Part shown: piece by piece, positions 1-12,258 of the stretch
Numbering within the stretch: the stretch's first letter is position 1
Layout: every line of letters begins with the position of its first letter
Assembly: GCA_010909165.1 (NCBI GenBank)
Contig: VJWM01000044.1
Span: forward strand, 2,170,001 to 2,234,000
Length of the DNA stretch: 64,000 nucleotides
DNA from: Anthoceros angustus
Lineage: Eukaryota > Plantae > Anthocerotophyta
Reading direction: 5' to 3'
Program-made: the position numbers and the translations under genes
Notes under the pieces: model-generated
Seen by the model: only the letters and a program-made list of their open reading frames with translations
The model's database searches: none
What the model was told of the DNA's origin: nothing

Positions 1-304
1 AATAGGACATTGCAAGGGCAGTTGGCTCAAGTCGAGCAGGATTTGGCCACTTCAAAACGCACTTGTAAGGAAGTTGCACAGCGACTAGCCGATCTTAGCC
101 CTCGCACACAATGTAAACCCTAGCTTGGGCAGAGGACGGAAAGCGGGGCAGGCAATTTAATATCACGTTCACTTTCCTATGAAAAGAAAGTTAGGACTTT
201 GTGCCACACATTTTAAATATTTTGTGATATTTGAATCTTAACTTCTAAAATTAGTTTGGCTTTATCATATGTACAAGTTTCAAAGTCTCCGGCATTCATA
301 GCAC

Positions 305-560
305 TTGCTTTTTCACTTGTTTTACAAGTACAACTTTTTCACTTGGCGCTTGCATTTTTGGCTTTTTCTCTTGGCACCTGCCAATAAGTACGGCTTTCTC
401 ACTTGGCACCTGCTTTTACACTTGTTCTACAAGTATCGCTTTTCAGTCGTTCTACAAGTATCGCTTTTCACTCGTTCTACAAGTATCGCTTTTCACTTGT
501 TCTACAAGTATTCCTTTTTAGTTGGCACGTGATTTTTCACTTACTCTACACGTACGGCTT
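305..560. repeat. Degenerate ~25-bp tandem repeat (ttttcacttgttctacaagtatcgc)
   Basis: Four near-exact consecutive units at ~414-512 and degenerate units on either side. The overlapping ORFs are translations of the repeat. Confidence 0.85.
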
Positions 561-1899
561 TTTTTCCTTGTACCACCACCTCCACACCCCGAGTGCATGT
601 CATGGGGGTGCTCAGTCATAGACAAGGAAAGAACTTCATAATTCAATAGACTGTGGGTGAATCAAAACCGAAATGGGGTGTCATCCTTGCTTTGTTGCTA
701 TCGTCCCACTTCATGGGCATGCCGGTGTCCCCCGTGTGAGGTCTAATCCGCGAGATCACTCGTTAAAATACAAATACACCTACTGTCTGAAGAATAGAAT
801 ACGTGTCAAGGTGCGAAATAAGGTGGCAATTTTGGAATGCTGGAATTGGCAAGACATTCCCTTTTGTGGCTAAGCTGGCTTCCTCTCTCTAGAGGAAAGG
901 ATCCACAATGTTTCGTGGTCGGTGACATTTTGCGTAGGAGGCTGATTTTTTGTTTGACAAAATGAAGCGTACTAGTACCATGATCATAGAGGTGGGTATA
1001 TGCTTGGGTTGGAGGTGGAATGTCATCTCTACCTATATCTAGGCAGAGGACAGCTAGGTTCTTATCCTTCAGCTCCCTTTTCAACATCAAATGTGAAGTA
1101 CATGACTGGAATTTTTCTTGCCCAATGGTACGAATGGTCCAACAAGCACCTCAACACTAGAGATGCTTCCATAGAAGAGGCCTAGGTATTAGGGTTTTGG
1201 CTCGATAGCAGAATCTTGTGCTTTGTCCCCTGGGGGATCGTAGTTTTTTATCAACCAGGGACACTCCCACCTTGTACAGTTTCTATTGAAGAGCGTCAAC
1301 GCTAAAAAGATGATATGCAATAAATGACATATAGCCTTGTGTGTGTATTTCAATTTTTTCAAATTCTCATTATTGCTCTGAATGTGATGTAAAGTAATTG
1401 GCAACGAGTCTAAATTATGTATGTTTGTTGGTCATCGGTTAATAGTGCCTACAACCCGATAAATTTAATGATAGAAAAGATGTCCTCTATGCATGGAATA
1501 GAGTAGACATTATTAATAGACGAGATGGGAAATCCCATCTACCCTTGAAGTCCGAGGAGGAACAACCCAAAAAGGGCTAATGGTAAAAAGGGAAGTCTTA
1601 GTCCCTCCGAATGCCTTTCCCGTAACTACCTACTTCTGCGCTTTCTGCAGAGCTATGGAAACTCGCTGGCAAAAGAAAGCTACCACAGAGGAAAGGGGGA
1701 GGCCCCTCCAATTCCTGTGGTTGTGATAGGCTTTTGCACACTTTTTAATTAACCTAGAGAAGTCCTTGCCCATAGCCTCATGAGTCTCAAGGGTGAGGGG
1801 GATGAAAAAATGTCCTTTATGCCAACATGCCTCTCTAGACTAAATAGTATGCAATGTTCTCTCCACCAATATGAACATATATATGAGATGAGGTCAACT

Positions 1900-3008
1900 G
1901 GTCCAAGTGCCCTGTTTAGTCTCCGTCGGGAGTTCACCCTACTTTGCGATTCCCTGTAGGGGAGATTGCTTCGGCCCCCGACCTGCGGGTTTTGGGGGTC
2001 CCCTTCAATTCCCCTTACTTCGTGGGGAGCTTCCTCGATCACGCTCTTGTGGAAGATTTTACCTCTCCCACATGGAGGACCTCCCTTTGTTGGAGGATGC
2101 ATATGTGGCCTTTGGTATACTTTCCTCTTGTTTAGCTAGGCGTCCCGATTACCTCATCCGCACATCGCCCCTGTCTCCAATTCTTCTGTCCCAATTGTAG
2201 GGGTTTGACAAGAAGATCATGGACACTCTTGGTGACATCATGGGCCCTGGGGCTGTCGAATGCCCTGCACTGCAGGCGATCTTGCCCGCTGGCAAGCATC
2301 CCTGCTAGTGCAATTTGGAGGAATCGATCTGCTGTCGCCAGAGGTATCTTCCCTGGCCGCGTTCTAGAGCAATTGGGCTTTCTCTGCCCCTACTTTGGCC
2401 TCCAGCTTCATCCTCCTTTCTGGAGGATTTTGTATCAGTAGTGGAGGAGAGAACTTTCCCTCTCCAAGTATCCCTAAGGCTGGCCAGGGATAAGTTATCG
2501 GCTGATGCGCAATATGAATTCCCTCCCTTCACGACATTCATCACTGATAATTTCAGGGGGATTGTAGGCATCCATGCTTGAGAAGCAGCTTGGTCAGGCT
2601 TTCCAGCCTGTCCTTATGGACCCTTCCATCCCCAGGTCCACAAGAGCTCGGCTTCGCTCTTGCTCTGGGAAGGGCGCAAGTGCCTAGCTACTAGCTCGTC
2701 CATGTATACGGGGTTTTCTCATCGCACTAACCACCTTCTCTACTGTAATGCGATTTCGTCTTGGCATGTGGCCACTTCCCTCCTTACCTGCGAGTGTGAC
2801 TCTGCCCTTGATGACTCCGGGATACACCTTGCTCGTTGCCCCCTTGGGGTCATCGCATTTCCACCCATGATGCCATTTGCGATGTTATGTTCGCCATTGC
2901 TCACGAAAGTGGCTACATGGCCTAAAGGGAGCGAGGGTACACTCTTCGTACAGGTCGGTCAATCAGGGCTGACTTTTACCTCCTCCGCGGCGATCAAGTT
3001 TCGCGCCA
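1900..3008 (+). mobile_element. Decayed non-LTR retrotransposon of the restriction-like endonuclease type (CRE-like)
   Basis: Frameshifted pieces translate as an RT C-terminus (LRVLGVPFNSPYFV; AFGILSSCLARRPDYLIRTSP), a CCHC knuckle (CECDSALDDSGIHLARC) and an RLE start (HDAICDVMFAIAHESG...RE...RADFYL). Stops and frameshifts are present. Confidence 0.65.
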
Positions 3009-4330
3009 TATGTTAAGAACATCATAATTTTTGAAGGGGGTGAATAATCTCGAAGGGGGTTTTCCGTAAATAATTTCTAAAGGGGGTTTTTGATGGGCCC
3101 TAAAACAGTGTTTTTAAGACATTCCGGAAAACATCTCCCAAAAAGAGGGTGTCACCCACTAAATTTCCTACTTTCCATCCAGCAATGTTTCTGTCGAATG
3201 GTGGTTGCAAACTCGAACCTATGGGATTAATGCAAAGTAGGAACGGTAAGGAAGGCCGTTCCTACCGGAAAGGGACGACTGTAAATTCACTTTTCGGAGG
3301 AAAATGTGGTTTAGTAAGGACACAATAAAAGCCACAGACAGAGTATTTCCAAAACATAGTTACATCTGGAACCAGACGTACTATTCACTCTGGGACCCCG
3401 GGACAAACCGTGATTTCAGTTTCACTCATCACCAGAGTTCAATCCTTCTTCATCACTTGGTCCAGCTTCTCCAGCATTGTCATCACTATCTTCAGTGGCA
3501 CTTTGACTTGCAGGCTGTATTAAGCCACGCAACTCGCAGAGCTTATCCCTTATCGCTTTTTTGTCCACCGCATACACATGTTTCCATGCGTTCAATGCAA
3601 ACCCATAATACAGGGTGGTTGTTTCATTCACAAACACCTCCTGTATGTTTTTTGGGTAATAGACCTTATTCCCTTTTTTCCTCGGCATCAGACCAAATGG
3701 GTTTGCACTCTGACGGACTATGTATTCCTACACATATCTCCCTTTATACGCATCTGTGTGCTCGATTCGATACCTGTGGATAAGAAAGTGAGATCGCGGT
3801 GCATCTAGCTTCGCGTCAATGACTCTCCCCAATCCAGAATGGCCAGTTATGCGTGTCCATAGTGCACGGCACTGCCAGAAACATCCCCTTCAAGATTTCC
3901 ATTATGTCCCCATTCATCCGCATCATTTCCACTGTTGCCTTCCGGCATTTTGATATGCCCCCAAGTACATATCACGCTGTGGGAGGTCCCTCAATAATGC
4001 CTCACTTAGCAAAGCTTCATCTGGCACTTGAAGTGGTCAGGCTGTATGATCCACTTTTACACGTGAAAACCACTTCCAAAGACGCTGCAGCATTAGCTCA
4101 ATGTAATTCTCCACAATGATAGCAATCTCCTTCCGGTCCACCCAAAAGGCTTCCCACCACTTGTACTCTTCAACAGTCACCTATGGACGCAAATCTTTTA
4201 ACCCTTCCTTCAAATGGGCCACACCTTCCATCGGTGATACTGCTGCCCTTCTTGTCCCCTAGCTTCACCGTGATGCATCAGAGGATGGTGCTGAGGCACC
4301 GACCAGCGCCTCCCTTAGCACCACCACCAG

Positions 4331-4650
4331 GTGCATGCGGGTGAGCTAGAGGAGCCGCCGGGCCGCGCCTCCCCAGATGCCTCATGCGCCGGCCGGCCCT
4401 CCCCTAGCACACCGCCCATGGGCGGCCGGCCCCGCCCAACACGCCCTTCCATGGCGCCACGGCGCCTTCCCCTAACACACCGCCCATGGGCGCCGGCCGG
4501 CCGGCCCTCCCTTAGCACACCGTGCCCATGGGTGTCGGCACGCCTCCCCAGCACACCATGCTCATGGGCGGCCGGCCCCGCCCAACATGCCCTTGACCAT
4601 GGGCGCGGGCCGCCGCCTCCCCTAGCACACCACCATGGGCGCCCGGCGCC
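4331..4650. repeat. GC-rich degenerate tandem repeat (ccggccggccctcccctagcacaccgcccatgggcg-like) inside the TIR element
   Basis: Recurrent gccggccggccc / cacaccgcccatggg units. Confidence 0.75.
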
Positions 4651-4690
4651 GTCATAGGTTGTCTTTAAGAAAATGAGTATTTAGCGGCTC

Positions 4691-4898
4691 AAGAAGAAGA
4701 AGAAGAAGAAGAAGAAGAATTTTATTTAAGTCCACTAAGGACGGTTGATCATGGGACTTGGTACTTAATAACTTGTACCATGGTGTGCCTAAGCTACTTG
4801 TACCAAGGGCATCCACTCCCTTTAGGCACCCCATCTAAGTACCGATCCAAGCTCAAGATGCTTAATCACGGCGTTCTTATAAATGTGTGTCCATTTGG
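4691..4898 (-). mobile_element. ~200-bp SINE-like element with (CTT)n tail, copy 1
   Basis: Highly similar to 9839-10040. The minus strand ends in aataaaatt(ctt)n, and both copies stop at the same 5' base (ccaaatggacacac). Confidence 0.7.
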
Positions 4899-6012
4899 CC
4901 TAGGCCATACAATTTGGGACCGTTGGTCAAGTGCTTGGGAAAAAGATGTTGCAATGAAAAGGTTCTGTATTCGAAACCCATATCTTCTTAATAACTCAAT
5001 CTTAATAATTCAACTTTGTTGATTTTAAGAATGCTTGCATGGGCGCATGGGCAACTAACTTTGTTCATTTTAAGGACGCTGTCATTGCCTTAAAGCCCAA
5101 GTGGTTGCATTGAGTGCCAGAAGGTTGCAGACCACGACTGGCGACCTTTTGGATGAGTCGGCCGGACCCTAGATCTTTGTGTGGCGATCGACACCGTCGA
5201 GGCCAGGCCCAAGAATGATACTATTGAAGACGAGCAAGCAATGGAGGAGAACGACAACTTTGAGGCGGAGGATATGGACCGCCTCCGGAATATGGCGGTG
5301 GTGCTTGACTCAGTTTTGGCGCAAGGCATGGATGAGTCGCCAGGCCGCACTCTTAATGACTATTGTCGATGCTGATGACCACTTCCTCCTTTAGCAATTG
5401 TTTGTTGCAATGTTATCACGACCACTGAAATGAGACTCCCGCTAGTACAGGATTGTTTTCATTGTGTTCCCCCACTTGAAAGTAAAAGTTTTCGGTTGTA
5501 ATAAACATATGAAAATGGCAGCCTCTATGCATTCTACAAAACGAACGGGCCACACCCTCATGCTCCAGTTCTCGGGTGTAGACTTGAAAGTGCATCTTTT
5601 ATCAAAAGTATGACCTCAGAAAGGGTGTGCGCATTATCAAAGTAGGGCAGATATGCTGTTGCAGGAAAGGTGTACATCGTGACAAGGGGGTGTTGTCTCG
5701 ACCGAAGGGGGTTACTATATTCCCCCCCCTTCAGAAATTATCATGTTTAAGGTGAAACTTACAATGTAGGTTGTCATAATTGATAATACTCATAGATTAA
5801 GTTATTTAGCTATTCTCATCAATTGATTTTATATAGCAATAATGACAGGAATTATCTGCAAATAGATTTGATTATTTTAATCAATGCTTTGTAATATGCT
5901 TGTAAGCAAGTGATGGTTTAGCGGATCATGGTGATGTGTGCACATCAAGGCACCCATATGCCGGCTGTCCGGTAGGCAACATGCAAGGTATTCCAGTTTT
6001 GAAGACTGCGGA

Positions 6013-6244
6013 TTTTGGAACGATGGTGAGCATAGATAATAGGCATCCACTGCTCTTAAGGTTACGATTTTCAACAAGTCTTGAACATAGTTTTGGCTTG
6101 GACGGACCTTTGTGTTGTCGACTTTACCTTTTGGAACGATGGTGAGCATAGATAATAGGCATCCACTGCTCTTAAGGTTACGATTTTCAACAAGTCTTGA
6201 ACATAGTTCTGGCTTGGACGGACCTTTGTGTTGTCGACTTTATC
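6013..6244. repeat. 116-bp tandem duplication
   Basis: The unit starting ttttggaacgatggtgagc occurs at 6013 and 6129, nearly identical. Confidence 0.95.
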
Positions 6245-7375
6245 TTTTGAAGAGTGCAACTTTATGCTAAGCAATTTCTATTGTGTGTTTGATGCATGGG
6301 CGTGAGCGTGATGCAATTCGACTCTGGTCTTAGGATTGTGCTGGACTCCATATGCGAGGAGATTGTGCTGGACTCCGTATGCTAGGTTTTGCTTATAGGT
6401 AATGTGAATTTTGCTGGCATTACAATGAAATTTTAAAAGTAGGGGACCCTTTTTTATTATCAAACTAGATTATCAAGGTAGTCGCTAGCTGCAAGCCGGT
6501 CTTAGGTTCTTCGTTAGGTTTTTTTTTCCCCTTTTTATCATCAAAATAGGTTATTATTAAAATAGGACACTAGGCTAGTAGCTAGGTGCAAGACAGTCTT
6601 AAGTTCTTTGTTAGGTTTTCTTTCTTTTCCTTTATCTAATTACATGTGAGAATTAAGATACTTTTCCATTGCAACATCTAGTATCACAACACATATAAGG
6701 TACTCATTATTCATTCCCTCCGTGACCATTATGTCATGCCTCCAAAATCTCCTAGATCCTCATGACCTAGCAAGCATGCACCTACAACACAAACTAAGTT
6801 GCAACTAAGTTTTGGTGAAGCACTAGTTACTTGATGGAATTTGCTGGAATCTGGAACATGGATGTGAGCTATAAGTCAATGGGCTCCACGTTAGCTTGGG
6901 TATGAAAGTAAAGAATGACAATTGGCCTTGAAAAAAGCTTAGATATTTTGAACCCAAATTGACTTGAATTCAAGATTACAATTTAGACCCAGATTGACTT
7001 ATTCAAACTTGCAATTTGAACCTAGATTGATTTGAATTCAAGATTGCAATTGTCTTATGTCAGCAACAATTAGTAAACAGCTACTTTAATTAATTTATAA
7101 TGAATTTATAAATAATTGTTGGAGGGTTAAGTGTCTTTGGACCAGGTAAGGAATTGCAACCTTGATTTATTGAAGAGCCACCTATAACTCCGAAGGTTTG
7201 CAGCCCTGATCGGCTCCTCCGGTCTACGTACATATATATTACTTGTCGTGGGACGAACCCAAAGAATGTCGGGTTCGCTGTTCATATGCTTGCGTTGAGC
7301 CTGGACAACTACATGGGTACAGCTGGTCCATACATGACGCCCCAAACCAGACCCAGTACTACCACCGGAAAGTGC

Positions 7376-9603
7376 CTAAGATTTATCCTTCAATAGGGAC
7401 CCCGAATGAGTTTCTGTCGAAACAGACGCGCAAACAGCTTCCTTGTGACACACGGACGAGGAAGCTTCGACTATCACGCTTCTTTTCTCGCACACAGTAT
7501 CCCGGACAACTTCCAGGTGCGCCGCAGCTTGGGGGACCATTGAGGCCCTTGGAGGGGGCGGCGTCAGGAACATATCCTCCGGAACTAAGAATCGCACTCC
7601 GGCTGCCTGCAATGGGTTGGAACGTCAAACCACTTTGATCATGGACTGCGATGCACCCACAAGTCAATCAGGATAGTTTAATCAATACCTTGGCAAAGCC
7701 ACTGTCAGCATCGCTATGATCACCTGGTCGGCCAGCAGCATCTCCTACGTAGAAGGAACTGCTCATGGCACAGCAGTTCAAAACGTCAAGAGCACTACAA
7801 TATCCCACGACAGCCAGCATCTCAGGACAACTGGGAAAGACGATGTCGTTTCCTTTCTTTTGCTGGTGCAAATACCTCTCTCTGTCGATTGCAATTCCGT
7901 CATTAAAATGTCGTTCCATCAGCTGCCACATCCCAGGTGCTGGCTTTCTACATGGATCAGAGCTAACGCCACACGAGATGAAAACCTGCAGTAGGCAAGG
8001 CAAAGATTGTGATTCAGGATGGGGTATGTAGCAACGGGTAAACTGGAGTGTAAGCAATCAGCGCTGTAACGAAATTACAAATCATGCAGCTCACAGAGGA
8101 TCCGAAGAAAGAAACACACCAAAATAGGAGCTCTGACTGTCTTCCTGAAGCCGTCTAGACGACCCACTTTGGAGTCAATAGCTTTTTGTCTGCTTCGAAC
8201 CCAGCGATCAATGTTGGATTCATTTGTGAATACCACCTGCAGAGAGCACAGATTAGTAAAGGAAAGAGCAAGAAGCGACGTTTGGGCACAGTAACCCTGT
8301 GAAATGCATATCAACTGAAAACATGCTGGACAACGGCTGTCACAAACCAGCTTGAATCCATCATTGTGATAGCTTTCCATCTTTTCAGGAATTGATGAAT
8401 ACAGGAGAGACCAGGCATCTGCACCATGTCTGGAACCATCAAAAGATTCATCAAAGTCCAATATCTACGAGGCATTCTTTGATCAAGACAACCCAGCCAA
8501 GGTTTAGAGAACAAACCTACTGACTGATGTCTTCACGAGACAACCATCAAAATCGAATGCAGCAATCTTTTTGGAGGCTTTGAGACCATCCGCCTGACTG
8601 ACACGAGAGGGAAAAAATGTAAAGCATAAGAATCAGACCACAATCGGGTAATTCAGGTGACAAAATCAAGTTTCTAGGAAGATCAGGTGAATGATACATT
8701 GCTATGATGGTGAGCTCACTTGTCCAATGATCACTGTAGCAAAAGCTTTCCAGCCCTTGGGCAAAGATGCATCCTGTGGAACCAGCACGCCAAAATTACG
8801 TTGAATTATTTGAGAGCAATAAATCTCAAAACCACAGAGCCCTCCTTGCCTCAGAAGGAGCAGAGCTGTTGCACGGTTACTCTTCACATACTCTGTAGTA
8901 TCTGGTAAGCTTGGATGGGTTGAAGCTGTTCAGCATAGCTTCCCATTTCTTGTCGAAGAAGACCTCCTAGAAGACGTCCTTGTCAGCCAAATAACCCTCG
9001 GGGCAAACATGCTGCAAAACGGAAATGAGACCAAACGAATCCAGTGCAGCTATCCTACCGTCGACTGTTCCGGACTCTCTGATCCTTCCACAGGCTTAAG
9101 CAGATCCCTTACTGCCTTTTGATCAGCAGCCTGAAAAACACAAAGGCAGCCAACAACCTTCACATTGCATCCCCCAAAGTTTCTTCAAAAACATCTGGCA
9201 AACGGACACATCCAACAACAAACGCGCCCTCTCCTCTTGTCTCAAACTCTCTCGTAACACTTCCAGCCCCCAAGAAATCAACTTCTTGCTGTTCAGCAAA
9301 CCTGCTGACCTTGAGCAACTGGAACCCGCCCATGCTGTCCACTGCCGTCGCATCAAGGCCCAGCTGTGCTGTGGTCATGCAATTGGCATGGTACCTGAAT
9401 GGAGGCAAAGAACATGCTGTCAAGCCCGCTGGTGAGAAACAACAAGCTTACCAGCGCCTGACTTACCACAGGGTGACAAGATGCCCTGCTCCACCCTTGC
9501 TGACGGAGCCCACTCGCACACTCCCTTTCGAAATGGCACCGCCACACTGCTTGCAAGTGGACCTACCAGACTTTGCATACTCCACCACGAGCTTTAGCGG
9601 CAT
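7376..9603 (-). CDS. ZDP: Polynucleotide 3'-phosphatase ZDP (PARP-type zinc finger + PNK3P HAD phosphatase), multi-exon
   Basis: ATG at 9603. PARP finger EYAKSGRSTCKQC...W|YHANC spans an intron (donor 9466, acceptor 9395). HAD motifs AAFDFDGCL, VFTNESNIDRW, CRKPAPGMW and FYVGDAAGRPGDHSDAD. The last exon AAGVRFLVPEDMF ends at the stop at 7376. GT-AG introns are in consistent phase. Confidence 0.93.
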
Positions 9604-9838
9604 GGCGCTAGAGCGGAGTGTGGTAACCAAGGCGCCCACTGCTCCTCCAGTCACGCACCCATAAGCACGTCCTTCCCTGCATTACGATAATATTACCCAG
9701 AGTCACCAATGGCCCAATTCTCCGATGAAGACCGAAAGGCGCAGGAAACTTCATGGCAAAAGCTTCTGTGACCTTGGCCATCCGGCGAAGCGTGCAAAGA
9801 GTACCGGAATTCTTATCATGACCTGTCAGAATGCAAGC

Positions 9839-10040
9839 AAGAAGAAGAAGAAGAAGAATTTTATTGAAGTCCACTAAGGACGGATTTCCGTGATGGGACT
9901 TGGTACTTCACAACTTGTACCATGGTGTGCCTAAGCTACTTGCACCAAGGGCATCCACTCCCTTTAGGCACCCTATCTAAGTACCGATCCAAGCTCAGGA
10001 TGCTTAATCACGGCGTTCTTATAAATGTGTGTCCATTTGG
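9839..10040 (-). mobile_element. ~200-bp SINE-like element with (CTT)n tail, copy 2, between the divergent ZDP and FUT13 genes
   Basis: Same sequence and boundaries as 4691-4898. Confidence 0.7.
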
Positions 10041-10284
10041 AGTGCAGTACCAGCCGGCTATGAGCCTGGAATAGACGAGCCACAATCATCAGGCTGGAAA
10101 TATTCTTTCCCTTTGTGTGGCTTGGATCAGATTGAATATATGACCCGACTGCCGCCGGTGCGGAAGCCGGAGGTGATGAACGAGGAGCTGCTGGAGCGGG
10201 GCTTTTGGTTATTAGGAGGCGGTGTTTGCATGAGCAGGAGCTGAATTTCCGTGCTGGTCTTGGAGGTTTGTTGTGAAGGGGAAC

Positions 10285-11780
10285 ATGTACGGGAGGGTCA
10301 GACAACAACAGGCCCATGGCTACTGCCTTGGAGTGTGTTTTGCCATTGTTCTGCTCTTCATCGTCGAGTTGTACGTGAAAGGAGCTTGGCCCGGCTCGAG
10401 CACCGCCGCTTTGAGACTCACATTTACACCCGAATGGGAAGACACTTCCGGAAACAACATCATGAGAAACCACTACGTTTGGGACGCGGAAGTTGGATGT
10501 CCACAGTTCAGAGCCAAGCACCGGAAAGAGATGGCGAGCAGCGTGTCCAACGTTTCCACAGCTCGGACCCGGAGCTTACAGGGAGTTGAGGACATTTCCT
10601 GCAGCCAGCTTAAACTTCAGCATGTTTCCATTAGATTGAACCGTTGGACGTGGCTTCCGGGCAGCATGGAGAGCCTTTACTCCTGTAGATGTGGCTTGAC
10701 CTGCATGTGGACAACGTCAGACGTGCTGGCAGATGAGCCGGATGTGATGTTGTATGAAACATACCATCCGCCGGTGGAAGTAAGGTCTCACCTCTTGATC
10801 ATGGTTACCTCTTGATTCCCTTGGAACACTTGGTGCCCTTACAGGAACAGTAATGGGAAGACGAAACACTTGTCTTCTCTTGCCCACACTGTTGCAGCTA
10901 CAGTGATGGCAACAGTGGCTAGGAGGAGCCCACTGACGGAAGTGTACTTTTGTTTTGCAGAGATACCTTGGACAGCCACTTCGAGCTTATCTGAATATGG
11001 AGCCAGGGAGACTTAGGGCGCCAGTTCAGGAGTTGTTTGTGAGCTATCATGCGGAAGACGACGTGCAAGTCACATACACTGCGCACGTATTTGGGCGCCG
11101 TAATCACTTCGTGTCGCGATTTAAATCGCAGGTGATCATTTGCATACTTCTGGCTTTGACGTCCTCGTGACTGCTACCGACCCTGAGCTTCAGTGTTGCT
11201 TGTTTGGCAGGAGGCACTTGTGTATTGGTCTTCTTCCAGATGCGTGCCGGAGAGACAGGAACTTGCTCAACAGATCCTTCCGCTACTGCCTGTCCACTCC
11301 TTTGGCAAGTGCCTGAATAACATGGGTGGCAGAACTATAGCCTCCATGTACCCAAAATGCATGAAAGATGTGGAGTCTCTTGGATGGCAAGGGCATATAC
11401 ACTGTGCAATGTCACACTACAAGTTCGTGCTTGCCATAGAGAACACGAGACTGGAGAGCTACGTGACAGAGAAGCTGTTTTTTGCACTAGAGTCAGGCTC
11501 AGTCCCTATCTACTTCGGGGCCCCAAACTTTTTGGATTTTGTACCTGTACACTCAGTCATAGATGGATACAGTTTCAGCAGCTTGGAAGATTTGGCAGCT
11601 TATGTGAAGACAGTGGCAGATGATCCCCTGCTCTATGCTGAGTACCACGCTTGGCGTCGTTGTGGAGTCCTGGGACCACATGCTATGGCGAGGGCCATCA
11701 GTCTGGATTCGCTGCCTTGCCGCCTTTGCGAAGCTGCCAGCAAATTGGGAGGGAGGAATGCCACGATTGCTGAAGATTGA
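10285..11780 (+). CDS. FUT13: Alpha-(1,4)-fucosyltransferase (GT10), 3 exons 10285-10779, 10961-11131, 11211-11780, ~411 aa
   Basis: N-terminal TM anchor (VCFAIVLLFIVELY), WTWLP..LYSCRCGLTC, and the GT10 motif HYKFVLAIENT..ESYVTEKLFFAL..GSVPIYFGAPN. Two phase-0 GT-AG introns join the three ORFs in frame. Confidence 0.93.
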
Positions 11781-12258
11781 AGACTACCTACACAAGGATG
11801 CCTCCCACCTCGTTCTGTCATCGACAGACACTTTGTGATTACGGAGTGAGGACGAATCCTAAAGATGTAGCATAGATACCAGCATAAATAAGCTGTACAG
11901 CTCAGGACTAAACATCTAATCTCCAGGCTCGTGTTCTAATGCATTAAGACAAAGGAAAGCAAACACCTGCCACTCCGTGAATGGTGTGGCATAAGTCCTG
12001 ACTTCGAGTGCCTTGAGGAGGAAAATTTTGGAAACACGGCAATACGAGTGTACAACTTGTACCGAGAATTTCCCCTTAATGACATATACATAATGGTTTT
12101 AGCAATGGACGGAGAGATACTCTTACACAGACGCAAGCCCCAGCCTTACCACTCATCTGGATGTAACTGTAAGATTGACAACAATGGGCATGGACTTATC
12201 ACAGAACAATCAATACCAGCCAGGGAAGGGGCCTGCATCCGACCAACGAACTCTCAAG

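Larger units (their letters stand above)
3018..5747. mobile_element. TIR DNA transposon remnant (~2.7 kb), 5'-AACA termini, 4-bp TSD TAAG
   Basis: Left TIR aacatcataatttttgaagggggtgaata (3018-3046) is the near reverse complement of 5718-5747. TAAG lies at 3014-3017 and 5748-5751. Internally there are decayed ORF-like pieces, a GC-rich repeat and a SINE-like insertion. Confidence 0.7.

Noticed and set aside
806-1440. Possible decayed coding remnant on the minus strand
   Set aside because: Multiple stops and no family I can name with confidence.
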